DNA from: an uncultured virus (IMG/VR IMGVR_UViG_3300035395_000183)
Lineage: Duplodnaviria; Heunggongvirae; Uroviricota; Caudoviricetes
DNA: 64,000 nt
Reading direction: 5' to 3' (one strand)
Virus record (IMG/VR): IMGVR_UViG_3300035395_000183
The position numbers were made by a program, and so were the translations under genes. Of the stretch, positions 20,604 through 30,797 are shown piece by piece. Numbering within the stretch: position 1 is the first letter of the stretch; the number at the start of each line of letters is the position of its first letter. Below the pieces are notes generated by a model. That model saw only the letters and a program-made list of their open reading frames with translations, had not been told where the DNA came from and made no database searches.

Positions 20604-20635
20604 ACATTTATGCAATTTTATTCAAATATTATTTG

Positions 20636-20643
20636 TATCTTTG
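20636..20643 (+). promoter_or_regulatory. Bacteroidota-type -7 promoter element
   Basis: TATCTTTG matches TAnnTTTG, in the intergenic space upstream of the helicase. Confidence 0.6.
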
Positions 20644-20692
20644 TAATCCTTTCTCTTATAAATATAACAACTAACAATTATGATGTACAACA

Positions 20693-21994
20693 ATGACACG
20701 TGACGAAAGACAACAATTAGGAATTAAAAAATGAATACAAAATGGATGTAGAGGTACTTTACAATGGTGTACAGGGACAGGTAAAACTAGAGCTGCAATT
20801 ATTGGTATTAAAGCATTCCTAACAAAGAATCAAGGTAAAAAAATTGTAGTAATTGTTCCAACTGAATATTTAAAAATTCAATGGTATCAAGAACTTAGTA
20901 AATTTGGAATATTTGATTATGTACAAGTTGAAATTATTAATTCTGCAATTAAATCTTCAGAACGTATAGATTTCATCATTTTAGATGAAGTTCACAGAAT
21001 GGCTGCAGATACTTTTTATCAGATATTTGTACAGCGAAGACCTAAAGTTGTTCTTGGATTGTCTGCGACATTTAGTCGTTTAGATGGTAGACATGAATTA
21101 TTAAAGTCTTACTGTCCGGTAATTGATGTATTAAGTGTTAAAGAAGCCATTGAAAACAAATGGTTAGCTCCTTATAAAGAATATAAAGTATTAATTATGC
21201 CTGATGATATTGAAGTTTATAGGCAAGCTAATGCAGATTTTTTAAATGCTTTTGCTTATTTTGAAAATGATTTTAATCTTGCAATGAATTGTGTAGGCGG
21301 AATCAAAAAAAATAACAAAATAATAAAACCTTCACATTTTGTAAGGTATGAATATGCCCAACAACTTTGTACATTACCTTTATATCATCCACGATATAAA
21401 GATACTGTAAAAGGATTGCTTGCAGAAATCACTGCAATGGCATTTACTTGGAGTAGAGCATTACAAGTACGTAAAGGTTATGTAATGAACCATCCAAAAA
21501 AAGTTGAACTTGCACAACAGATTTTAAAAGCAAGACCAAATAAAAAAGCCATCACATTTTCAGCTACTATTAAACAAGCCGAAAAGATTGGTAATGGTTT
21601 AATAATTCATTCAGGTAAAACTAAGAAGAAAAATAGAATTACAATGGAAGAATTTGCTCCTATGAAAACAGGAGTGATTCATACTGCGAAAAGTCTTGAC
21701 GAAGGTGCTGATGTACCTGGTTTAAGTTTAGCAGTTATTCTATGTAATACTTCTTCTCAAACTCAAAAGACACAGCGATTAGGCCGTGTAATTAGGTATG
21801 AAGAAGGAAAGGAAGCTGAAGTATTTACTTTAGTAATTAAAGGAACCATGGAAGAAAGTTGGTTTAACACATCAATGGCTGGTAAAAATTATATTGAGAT
21901 TTCGGAAGAAGAATTGATTGATATTTTAGCAGGCGGAACTTCGGACAATCTTGTTAGAGAAGGAAAAGAAGTAGATGAATTATTTCGATTTTAA
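20693..21994 (+). CDS. superfamily 2 DNA helicase (one in-frame TGA at codon 14)
   Basis: MTRDERQQLGIKK*IQNGCRGTLQWCTGTGKT..DEVH..GLSAT..DEGADVP..QRLGRVIR. The track ORF starting at 20999 lacks Walker A and B, which lie in frame upstream. Confidence 0.9.
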
Positions 21995-22470
21995 TGACGT
22001 CAAACGAGAAATTTAAATTAAAAGGTAGGATATTCCTACGGTATGACTTTATCCCTGATAGAATGCGTATGCATTTTATTGAAACATGGGAATCATTACC
22101 TAAAATATCATTTGAAGATTATTTTGAATTAATATTAGCAGATCATGAATCTAATAAATGGTGGGTTAGTGCCCAATGTATTAAAAATAGTTATTATTTT
22201 TATACTCATGGTTATTTAGATACAAAACAACCTGCAAGGCTACCATTTTATCCTAATCAAATACTGGCAAAAATTACAGATGAAGTTAATGCTATGATTA
22301 ATTTTGAGACTTTTAAATAATTATGGAATTAACGATAAAACAACAATTTATACTTTTCATTTGGTTTATTTTTAAACCTAAAAAATGTATGAAATTTCAA
22401 GAAAAAGTATTGCAAGGAATGGCAGCAAAATTTGCTTACATTGAAGCATATAACTTTAAAAATTAAAACA

Positions 22471-22671
22471 ATGAGCGATTTTAAAATAAGACTCTTAGAA
22501 GAAAGAGATCAATTATTAGAAAGAACAAATAAATTAGATGCATTTTTAGATAGTGATACATTTGAAAATATAAGTGAATTTCAGGCTAATTTACTTCTTC
22601 TGCAATATGACCATATGTGCGATTATTTAGAATGTTTAAATCTTAGAATTGAAGATTTAGAGAATAATTGA
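22471..22671 (+). CDS. small coiled-coil protein, crAss001_48-like
   Basis: RLLEERDQL..KLDAFL..LLLLQY..M..Y...L..RI pattern. Confidence 0.55.
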   Translation: MSDFKIRLLEERDQLLERTNKLDAFLDSDTFENISEFQANLLLLQYDHMCDYLECLNLRIEDLENN

Positions 22672-22830
22672 GTAAAAGAACTTAATAATATTAAGATTCC
22701 AGAAGATTTTTTAGATTCTCTATAAATTTTAACAGATAAAAAATTAATAAACACGAATTACTACCCTACTATTAACAATCCCGTAACGGATATTAAACAC
22801 AACAGCTAAAGTAATTTAAAATACTACTTA

Positions 22831-23445
22831 ATGCAGCATTTTGAATTATCTTTGAAAGAAGAAATTAACATCTATATTAATAGTAGTCTAACACCAACTG
22901 AATTATTCATATTACGGTTATTATTTCTAGCAATCGACGGAGAACAAAAACATTTAATAAATTATCTAACTAACATATCAAACGGAAAACAATTACTAAG
23001 AAGCGTATTATTATCACTGTTAGAAAAAAAAGTAATAAATTCCACATTTAAAATACCGCAAGAAGGCGAGTCCTTAAACTATAAGAATATACCATTTAAT
23101 AAGAATTTCTTAAAAATGTATATTCGCGAGTCTAACGAAATAGGTAAAGAATTTTTTGATGCATATCCACCATTTATTAGTATTGGTGGAAAATTATGTA
23201 GCATTAAAAACTTTACTAAAGCAGGATTATTCTCTTTTGATGAATTTTGTATTTTTTATGCGAAACAATTGAAAAATGCAACAGCAACTCATGAACGAGT
23301 TATGGATGCCTTATTGTTTGCTAAAGAACAGAATTTAATCAATTATACTATCATTGAATTTATAGCTTCCAAAAAATGGGAAGAAATAGAATATATTCGT
23401 GGTAGTGGTAATGTAAATGGGTACAATAATAGCGAGTTATTGTAA
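22831..23445 (+). CDS. putative replication protein (initiator/helicase loader-like)
   Basis: Coupled to the DnaB-like gene; EFFDAYP motif; function inferred from position. Confidence 0.4.
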   Translation: MQHFELSLKEEINIYINSSLTPTELFILRLLFLAIDGEQKHLINYLTNISNGKQLLRSVLLSLLEKKVINSTFKIPQEGESLNYKNIPFNKNFLKMYIRESNEIGKEFFDAYPPFISIGGKLCSIKNFTKAGLFSFDEFCIFYAKQLKNATATHERVMDALLFAKEQNLINYTIIEFIASKKWEEIEYIRGSGNVNGYNNSELL

Positions 23446-24521
23446 TGGGAGTTAAAAGACTATTAGAAAATATTGAATCAGGTAAACAAGGAAAAAATAT
23501 CGGTATCAAAACTGGTATGTCAACATTAGATTCTGTAATATTCGGAATCCAAAGAAAATATTTATATACTATTGGTGCCGATACTGCTGGAGGTAAAACT
23601 TCATTTGCAGTTGATATATTTGTATATAACTTAATTAAGAATAGAGAAGATAGAAATATCGCTTTATTATATTATTCTTTTGAAATGTCAAGTGATATTT
23701 TATATGCAAAATTACTATCTCGTCGTATATTTGACGAATATGGTGAAGTTGTAACATATGAAGATATCCTATCCTTAACAAAACCTATCTCCAATGAGCA
23801 TGCAGCTCTTGTTGACAAAGCTACTCCATGGCTCCTTAGTTTAGAGAGCATGGTAACAATCTATGACAAGGCATTATCTCCTAATGGAATATATGCTACT
23901 TGCAAACAATGGCTAAAACGATTTGGCACATTTGAAGAAATTGCAGAACATAGAGAAGAATATATTGAAGATGATCCAAATCAATATAGGATAGTTATTA
24001 TAGATCACGTTGGACTTATTACAGGTCCTGGGTCTAAAAAAGAAAAGATTGATTTAACAACTGATTATTTAATTTCATTCAGGAATAAATGTAACGTAAC
24101 GGGTATATTTGTTCAACAATTAAATAGAAATGCAAAATCAATGGATCGAAAAACTAATGGATATGAACTTATCCAATTAGATGATTTTAAAGATACATCC
24201 GGCACAACCGATGCGTCTGAAGTCGTAATAGCATTATTTTTTCCATATAGAGAAAAAATTGCCAGATGTGAAGGCTATCCAATTCAAAATGTATTAAAGA
24301 AACGCTTCAGACTATGTCAAATTCTTAAGAATAGATATGGGCAAGCGGATGTTAATAAAGGATTATTATTTTATGGCGAAATAGGTATGTTCAGAGAATT
24401 ACCAAAACCTGAAGAAATAGGAGATTATGAACCATATCTTACACTACAAACGGAAGCACCACAGATTTTAAATATAATAGATGAGGAAGAATCAAGAGAA
24501 AATGATATATTTAAATTTTAA
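23445..24521 (+). CDS. dnaB: DnaB-like replicative helicase
   Basis: GADTAGGKTSF, SFEMS, IIDHVGL, QQLNR and LKNRYG motifs. Confidence 0.9.
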   Translation: MGVKRLLENIESGKQGKNIGIKTGMSTLDSVIFGIQRKYLYTIGADTAGGKTSFAVDIFVYNLIKNREDRNIALLYYSFEMSSDILYAKLLSRRIFDEYGEVVTYEDILSLTKPISNEHAALVDKATPWLLSLESMVTIYDKALSPNGIYATCKQWLKRFGTFEEIAEHREEYIEDDPNQYRIVIIDHVGLITGPGSKKEKIDLTTDYLISFRNKCNVTGIFVQQLNRNAKSMDRKTNGYELIQLDDFKDTSGTTDASEVVIALFFPYREKIARCEGYPIQNVLKKRFRLCQILKNRYGQADVNKGLLFYGEIGMFRELPKPEEIGDYEPYLTLQTEAPQILNIIDEEESRENDIFKF

Positions 24522-24523
24522 TT

Positions 24524-27005
24524 ATGGCAGACTTAATTGGAGTCGTAGGCAATGCAGGAAGTGGCAAATCTACTTCAATGAGGAATCTAAATCCAAAGAC
24601 AACTTTTATTATAAATGTAGCGGGTAAACCATTACCATTTAAAGGTTGGAAAAAGAGTTATACTCCTTTAACGCAAGACCCTACATCTAAAAAGTTTGTG
24701 GGCAATCTGTACAATACCGCAAATACTGCGCAGATTCTACAAATTTTAAAAATGATTGACAAACAAAGACCAGAGATCAAAGTAGTAGTTATTGAGGATG
24801 CTCAATATATTATGGCTTGAAAGGATTGAAATGAATTTTAGTGAATCCATGTTACAGTATAAGAATGTATGCGGAATTTATAAAATTATTTGCAATGATG
24901 CAGATTTTTATTTAGGAAGTTCTAAAAACATTCAACAAAGATTTTACAAACATAGAAATGAACTTCGAAAAGGAGTTCATAAAAATGAACATTTACAAAA
25001 TGCTTATAATAAGTATGGAGAAAAATGTTTTAATTTATTAATTGTAGAAATCTGTAATATAGATGAACAATATTTAAGAGAACAATATTATATTGATTTA
25101 TTACAACCCGTTTATAATAAAGAACGAGATGTTTTAACTCATATTCCAACTGAAGAAACTAAAATTAAATTATCAGAAGCTAATAAAAAATATTATGCAG
25201 ACCCTGAGAATTTAAAGAAACGATATAAAACTATATATCGTTTTAATAGTTTATTTGAAATTATTAATACTTATGAAGGAATTAAACCAAACATTGAAGC
25301 GTGAGCTGTAGAATTTGGAATAAAACCTGGAGGTGCTGATAAGGGAATTAACAGAGCTTTAGCAAGTGGTAAATTATATAAAGGTTCTTATTGATCATAC
25401 GATCAAAATTTCAAAGGCCCTACAGTTAGTAATAACTGTTAGCAAATTTGGTGAATTCAGGGAAACTCCGAAATGAGCAATTCAAAGGACAATCCTGAGC
25501 CAAGCCCTGTAAAGGGAAGGTGCAACGACTATCTCGAAAGAGAGTACACTCAAGTGAGTGGAAGCGCCAAACATCTTAATTAAGATGATGATATAGTCTA
25601 ATCTGTATAGGAATATACAGCAGCTAAGTAGCGGGTAGTGTTTAACGAGCACTATTGAATATAAATGTTTGAAGCTATGGAAAGATCCTCTGAAAAAGGG
25701 TAATAGAACATGCCCAAACCAATCTAATTGACGGGGATATCCTTAGAGTCTTTTTAACCAAGCAATGATAGTAATATACATTGTGGCTTTCACTAATTAT
25801 GAAAGGTATGGTAAAATAAAAAAGAATTGGACAATCCGCAGCTAAGCTTCCAAAATAAAATTGGAAGAAAGTTCAACGACTATCTCCGTGAAGGGGAGTA
25901 CATTAAAGCTATTTATAACTTTTTTGGAAATGGTTGGAATTTTTATAAAAATTATTCGCTATCTTTGTAAATTATAATTTAACAAAATAGCATATGGAAA
26001 AAATTAAAGGAAAAAGCAAAATGCCGGAATATACACAATGGAAATCTATGAAATCTAGATGTTATTCACCCTCGGCAACAAAAGGAAAGTATAAAGAGAA
26101 TAATATTCAAGTCAGCAATGATTGGAAAAATTCTTTTGAAACTTTTTATTCAGATATGGGAAATTGTCCTATAGGATTTACTTTAGAAAGACTTGATAAT
26201 CTCAAGGATTATTCTAAAGAAAATTGTATATGGGCAAATAGAGAAGACCAAAGTAAAAATCGGGAAGATTTTAACGATATTGTTACTTATAAGGATAAAA
26301 CTATGGTATTAAAAGACTGGGCTAAAGAATTGAATATTAAATATACAACACTTTATCAAAGAATTTATAGAAGTGGTTTATCTTTTGAAGAAGCTATACA
26401 ACAAGATCCATTTAAAAAATTAATATCTATTGGAGAAGAATCTAAAACTCTTAAACAATGGTGTGAATTCTATAATATGGAATTTGAATTAGTTAACAAT
26501 AGAATCTTTAAACATAAGTGGGAACCTATTGAAGCTTTAACTATTCCAAAAGGAATAAGAAGAACTAAAAATTAAGATATAGTCTGAACTTTATGGAAAC
26601 ATAAAGAGTTGCGTTTATACGCAGATTAACACAATTGATGAGAAATTTACTCAAATGGCAAATAACTTCTATTCAGTATTGAAAGAATCTATGGGCATGA
26701 GAAATGACTTAAAGGTATGTGTATTAGCACATTCCGAAAACATAGGGGATGCACTCAACCCTTCCTATAAATTAAAAACATTAGGAAAAATGATTGACAA
26801 CATGATTACTGTTGAGGGTTTATTTACTTATGTATTATTTACTACACTTATCAATGAACTTGAAGGTGGAATATCACATAAATTTATAACTCAATCTGAT
26901 GGTACAACTACTGCTAAAACTCCAATGGGATGTTTTGATAGTATGTTGATAGATAATGATTTACAATATGTAGTCGAGAAAATTGACGAATATAATGAAG
27001 GCTAA
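24524..27005 (+). CDS. AAA ATPase (Sak4/AAA_24-like), spliced from exons 24524-24817, 25668-25701 and 26638-27005
   Basis: GNAGSGKSTS; joining the exons gives EDAQYIMA|FEAMERSSEKG(Y)|EKFTQMANNF..TVEGLFTYVL..TAKTPMGCF, a continuous family-like sequence. Confidence 0.9.
24818..25667 (+). mobile_element. group I intron 1 with GIY-YIG ORF in the P1 loop
   Basis: 5' exon ends in U and intron ends in G; guide sequence TTTCAAAGGCC near 25409-25419 pairs with both exons; core GAATTCAGGGAA, AATCCTGAGCCAAG, GCAACGACTATC, GATATAGTCTAA. Confidence 0.9.
24831..25442 (+). CDS. intron-encoded GIY-YIG endonuclease (TGA=Trp)
   Basis: CGIYKI..FYLGSS..RFYKH..HLQNAYNKYG; reads through TGA at 25302 and 25392 (YKGSY*SY) to TAG. 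Confidence 0.85.
25960..25967 (+). promoter_or_regulatory. Bacteroidota-type -7 promoter element inside intron 2
   Basis: TATCTTTG about 26 nt upstream of the endonuclease ATG. Confidence 0.55.
25994..26575 (+). CDS. intron-encoded HNH-like homing endonuclease
   Basis: YTQWKSMKSRCY..FYSDMG..TLERLDNLKDYSKENCIWA plus two LK.W repeats; all six Trp codons are TGG. Confidence 0.85.
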   Translation: MEKIKGKSKMPEYTQWKSMKSRCYSPSATKGKYKENNIQVSNDWKNSFETFYSDMGNCPIGFTLERLDNLKDYSKENCIWANREDQSKNREDFNDIVTYKDKTMVLKDWAKELNIKYTTLYQRIYRSGLSFEEAIQQDPFKKLISIGEESKTLKQWCEFYNMEFELVNNRIFKHKWEPIEALTIPKGIRRTKN

Positions 27006-27583
27006 TGATTAAGGGAATAATTGTAACATTCGACTTTGATACAGAAACTGAACTTGTTTCCAATGTTCAATGTAATGTTGATGGTGTGGAAAAGAAAAAA
27101 AGAACAACTAAGCCAAAAGCAAAGGTAGAAGAAGAAATGGCAGCAGAGCCACTTATCACCAGAGAAGAAACTAAGTTGGTCTTTAATAACAGAGCTGTAG
27201 CTGATATGGAACTTGCTTATGAGGACCGTATTATAATTAAATGGGAAAAATCTAAGGATAAGAAAACAATGTTTCCAATTATTGGAACCGACATTGCTTT
27301 TGGAGAAGAGGGTGCAGGTAATAAAGTTACTAAAACTAATACAGTTGGATTTAAAGGTAAACAGAATGTAGTTCTACAAGAATTAGGTGCTGTATTTACA
27401 ATTGATCCATATGTAACAGATAAGTATCCGGACGGAGTCTGGAAATTAATTTCTACAACAAATGCGACATCATCTAAGACTTTAGAGGATGCAATCAAAG
27501 TAGTTGAAAAAGTAGAAGCAGATATTATTACAGAAAAAGATGAAGATATGGAAATAAATCCATTACTATTTACACTATTATAA
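27005..27583 (+). CDS. hypothetical protein
   Basis: 192-aa ORF in the replication module. Confidence 0.65.
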   Translation: MIKGIIVTFDFDTETELVSNVQCNVDGVEKKKRTTKPKAKVEEEMAAEPLITREETKLVFNNRAVADMELAYEDRIIIKWEKSKDKKTMFPIIGTDIAFGEEGAGNKVTKTNTVGFKGKQNVVLQELGAVFTIDPYVTDKYPDGVWKLISTTNATSSKTLEDAIKVVEKVEADIITEKDEDMEINPLLFTLL

Positions 27584-27592
27584 TATACACTA

Positions 27593-28309
27593 ATGAACAA
27601 TTTTTCATTTAACGCAACAGCAGGCGCATCTCAAAGTACAGCAAAACCTCGATTAGCAGGTAATAACATTTATGACGTAAAATTTGACGGATGTGAAGTC
27701 CAGGATATTGTTGGGGTAAAAGATCCTACTATGACCTATAAAGTTTTGAAATTGAAATTCTCTAACGAAGATGGTACCTTTGAACATACCGTGTTTGAAC
27801 CACGTGCAGAAGATTTCGATCGTAGGGTTTCAGATTACAACAACCCAAAAACAGGGAAAGTTGATAAAATACCACAAGCATCAAATGTAGAAAGCATGAT
27901 GCTACTTTTTAAACACGTTATTGATTCAGTTGATCCTGCAACAGCAGAAAAAATTGATAAAAAACAAACTAGCTTAGGCGCAGCTAATTGGGATGACCTT
28001 AGAACCTTAATCGTTAAGATTCTAGACGCTAAAAAAGGTGCTCCCGCAAGAATCAAATTGATGAAAAACAGCAAAACTGGAGAAGCAACTTTCCCAGGAT
28101 TTTTCACAGGTTTAACAAAGGAGGGTGTTCCTTATGTTAAAAACAACTTTATTGGACCAAAAGTATCCTTCTCAACTTATGAAATGAAAAAAATAAGTGA
28201 TGAAGCTTCAGCTAAACCTACAAAAGCTACTGAATTTGCTTTGGCTCCACCTGAACCAGAAAGCCAGGACGATCTTGTATTAAATTTTAATGTAAGCTCA
28301 GAAATATAG
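27593..28309 (+). CDS. putative single-stranded DNA-binding protein
   Basis: Lies between the Sak4-like ATPase and primase; beta-rich N-terminus and acidic tail; inference only. Confidence 0.45.
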   Translation: MNNFSFNATAGASQSTAKPRLAGNNIYDVKFDGCEVQDIVGVKDPTMTYKVLKLKFSNEDGTFEHTVFEPRAEDFDRRVSDYNNPKTGKVDKIPQASNVESMMLLFKHVIDSVDPATAEKIDKKQTSLGAANWDDLRTLIVKILDAKKGAPARIKLMKNSKTGEATFPGFFTGLTKEGVPYVKNNFIGPKVSFSTYEMKKISDEASAKPTKATEFALAPPEPESQDDLVLNFNVSSEI

Positions 28310-28325
28310 TTTGTAGTTTCCTTAT

Positions 28326-29342
28326 ATGTATAATTTAGAAGTACCTATAAGGATAACAAAAGAACTTTTACTTTCTAAATCATGGACTCAAGAAACTTAT
28401 TTTGAGCATTATTTAGGAATACCAGTAAAAAAAGGATTGTTTTGCAGTCCTGCTATCATACGTAAAGATAATAAGCCGACCTGTTCTTTCTATAAGGGAA
28501 AAAATGGTCTTTTAAAATATAAAGATTTTGCTGGACCTACATTTGATTTTGTTGGTGCAGTAATGCACATTTTTGATTGTACTTATTATAATGCACTTCA
28601 AATTATTGCGCATGACTTTGGTTTTAAATCTATAAAGGATAGACCAATTAATCCTCCAAAAATGGAGTACTCGGGATACGAATTACAGGAAACCGAGAAA
28701 GCTAAAATTCAAGTGGAAATTCAAGAATTTACACAAAAAGAATTGGATTGGTGGTTAGCGTTTAGCATATCTTTGAAAACTTTAAATAAGTTTAAAGTCT
28801 TTTCAATTAAATCAGTATTTTTAAATGGTAATTACTTTACAAGTTCCTCCGCCTCTTCCCCAATTTATGGGTATTATGGCGGAGAAACTAGTGATGGTGA
28901 TGAGTTATGGAGGCTCTATATGCCTACGAAACTTAAATATAGGTTTCTTAGTAATTGGAATGCCACCATGATTCAAGGGGCAAAACAATTACCAAAAAGT
29001 GGAGAGTTTATTGTTATTACTAAATCTTTAAAAGATGTAATGGCATTATATGAATTTGGAATTATAGCTATAGCTCCTAATTCAGAGAATCTATTTGTAA
29101 CAGATGCCCAATACGCAAAATTAAAGCAAAAATTTAAAGATATTTATCTATTGTATGATAGAGATTTACCCGGTGTTAAATCTGCAAATAAAATTAGAAA
29201 GCAATTCAAAGACTTAAAAGTTTTATTGATGCCAAAGGTAAAAGATTTTACAGATTATGTAAAAAAATATGGAACATTAAAAACATTTAAATTAATTGAC
29301 GAATGGCTGGAAAAAAGACAGACGCAGCAGCAACATGAGTAG
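28326..29342 (+). CDS. DNA primase (crAss-type DnaG/TOPRIM)
   Basis: SP..RKDNKPTCSFY, ITKSLKDVM, APNSE, YDRDLPG and KDFTD motifs. Confidence 0.85.
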   Translation: MYNLEVPIRITKELLLSKSWTQETYFEHYLGIPVKKGLFCSPAIIRKDNKPTCSFYKGKNGLLKYKDFAGPTFDFVGAVMHIFDCTYYNALQIIAHDFGFKSIKDRPINPPKMEYSGYELQETEKAKIQVEIQEFTQKELDWWLAFSISLKTLNKFKVFSIKSVFLNGNYFTSSSASSPIYGYYGGETSDGDELWRLYMPTKLKYRFLSNWNATMIQGAKQLPKSGEFIVITKSLKDVMALYEFGIIAIAPNSENLFVTDAQYAKLKQKFKDIYLLYDRDLPGVKSANKIRKQFKDLKVLLMPKVKDFTDYVKKYGTLKTFKLIDEWLEKRQTQQQHE

Positions 29343-29752
29343 ACGAAACTCAAGAAGTTGAAGTAAAACCAAAAAAGAAACGCTCAGGATCCTATTCTAA
29401 AACAAAAGGATCTACTTATGAACGACAAATAGTTAATGAATTAAAAGAATTAACAGGTAATGAAAATATATGTACCGCAAGAAGTGAATCTAAGAAATTA
29501 GATGATATGAAAATAGATATTTCAGATCCTGATAAAGTTTTACCTTGTTATTTTCAAACTAAGAAAACTCAAACAACTCCGAGTGTTAAAAAGATTAACG
29601 CCGAGGTTGGATTAACGGATAGGCCGTTATGTATTCTTTGGAATATACAAGTTAAAAAAGAAGGAAATGTAAATATTACTTCGGAAGGTGAATATGCAAT
29701 TATTCCAAAACAATTTTTTTATGAATTACTAGAACACCTTATTAACGCATAG
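29303..29752 (+). CDS. Holliday-junction resolvase-like PD-(D/E)XK nuclease (one in-frame TGA at codon 12)
   Basis: MAGKKTDAAAT*VDETQ..SKTKGSTYERQIVNEL..SKKLDDMKIDI..FQTKK. The track ORF starting at 29507 lacks the KG..YER motif. Confidence 0.75.
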
Positions 29753-29786
29753 TAATCAAAATTTAACACAAATTTAAATTAACAAG

Positions 29787-30290
29787 ATGAGAATTCATTT
29801 AGATGTTGATGATGTAGTATTAGCCTGGCATGAGGCTTATATCAAAAAATACAATTTACCCATGCCAACAAATTGGATACCATACGATGAAATTAAAGAC
29901 CATTTAGCAGAATTGAAGAAAGACAAATCGTTTTGGCTAAGTCTTGAGGTTAAACACTCTCCTAATTTTCAGCCTGCTGGTTATGTATCAGCACGCGGCG
30001 TCCCTATACAATGGACCAAAGACGTTATGAAATTAAGAAAGATTCCTGGCAGAAGCAAAATAAAACATGTGGGGTGGGGAGAAAGCAAAATGGATGTTTT
30101 AAAATCATTGGGATGTGAACTATTTGTTGATGATAAATATGAAACATTTCTTGAATGTCACAAACATGGAATTCCATGTCTATTGATGGATACTCCACAA
30201 AATCGTCATCATCAAACGAATCTTCGTATTTATGATTTAAAGATTGAAACTATAATGCAAAAATTTAAGTTATGGAAGTCTATACGTTAG
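29787..30290 (+). CDS. HAD-family 5'(3')-nucleotidase-like protein
   Basis: LDVDDVV, VSAR, K, FVDDK, and P.N motifs. Confidence 0.8.
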   Translation: MRIHLDVDDVVLAWHEAYIKKYNLPMPTNWIPYDEIKDHLAELKKDKSFWLSLEVKHSPNFQPAGYVSARGVPIQWTKDVMKLRKIPGRSKIKHVGWGESKMDVLKSLGCELFVDDKYETFLECHKHGIPCLLMDTPQNRHHQTNLRIYDLKIETIMQKFKLWKSIR

Positions 30291-30797
30291 AAGAGAAAGA
30301 TGGATGTCTAATAGGCGTCTTTGATAGCATTGCAACTATTAGAGAATTTTATCGAGAAGATGATAGTGAATTTCCTGAAAGGTATATTATGACTGACGAA
30401 GAGTATAAACTTAATTTAGAAGAAGAGGAAATTTATGCATGTCTTACTAAAGTATTTACTCGTTTTTCATTCCAAGACCTAGAACCAAAAGTAAGTTCAA
30501 CAATAACAATGTTATGACAACAATATATCTTGTTACTTGCTCTGAAAGTTATTTCCATAATTATCAACCTCCGTTTGATGATATTATATACGGTTTCTAT
30601 TTAGATCTACAAGCTATTAAATTTGACTTTCAATGTCATGGTGAAGAGTCGTGGGAATCACTTGAAAATCTTAATTTTAAAGAAACCCAAGAATGGCTAG
30701 ATAAAAGTGGATTAAAACTTTCAATCGTATCTGCATATTCCTACGCAGATATGCAAAAAATAGATTTAGTAAATACAAATGACATACTTATGCTTTA

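Larger units (their letters stand above)
25702..26637 (+). mobile_element. group I intron 2 with HNH-type ORF near P8
   Basis: P1 GGGT/GCCC with U-G pair at the splice site; AATTGACGGGGA, AATCCGCAGCTAAG, TTCAACGACTATC, AAGATATAGTCTGA; terminal G at 26637. Confidence 0.9.

Noticed and set aside
24792..24830. Track start of the intron GIY-YIG ORF
   Set aside because: It overlaps exon 1 out of frame; ATG at 24831 or 24849 within the intron is more plausible.
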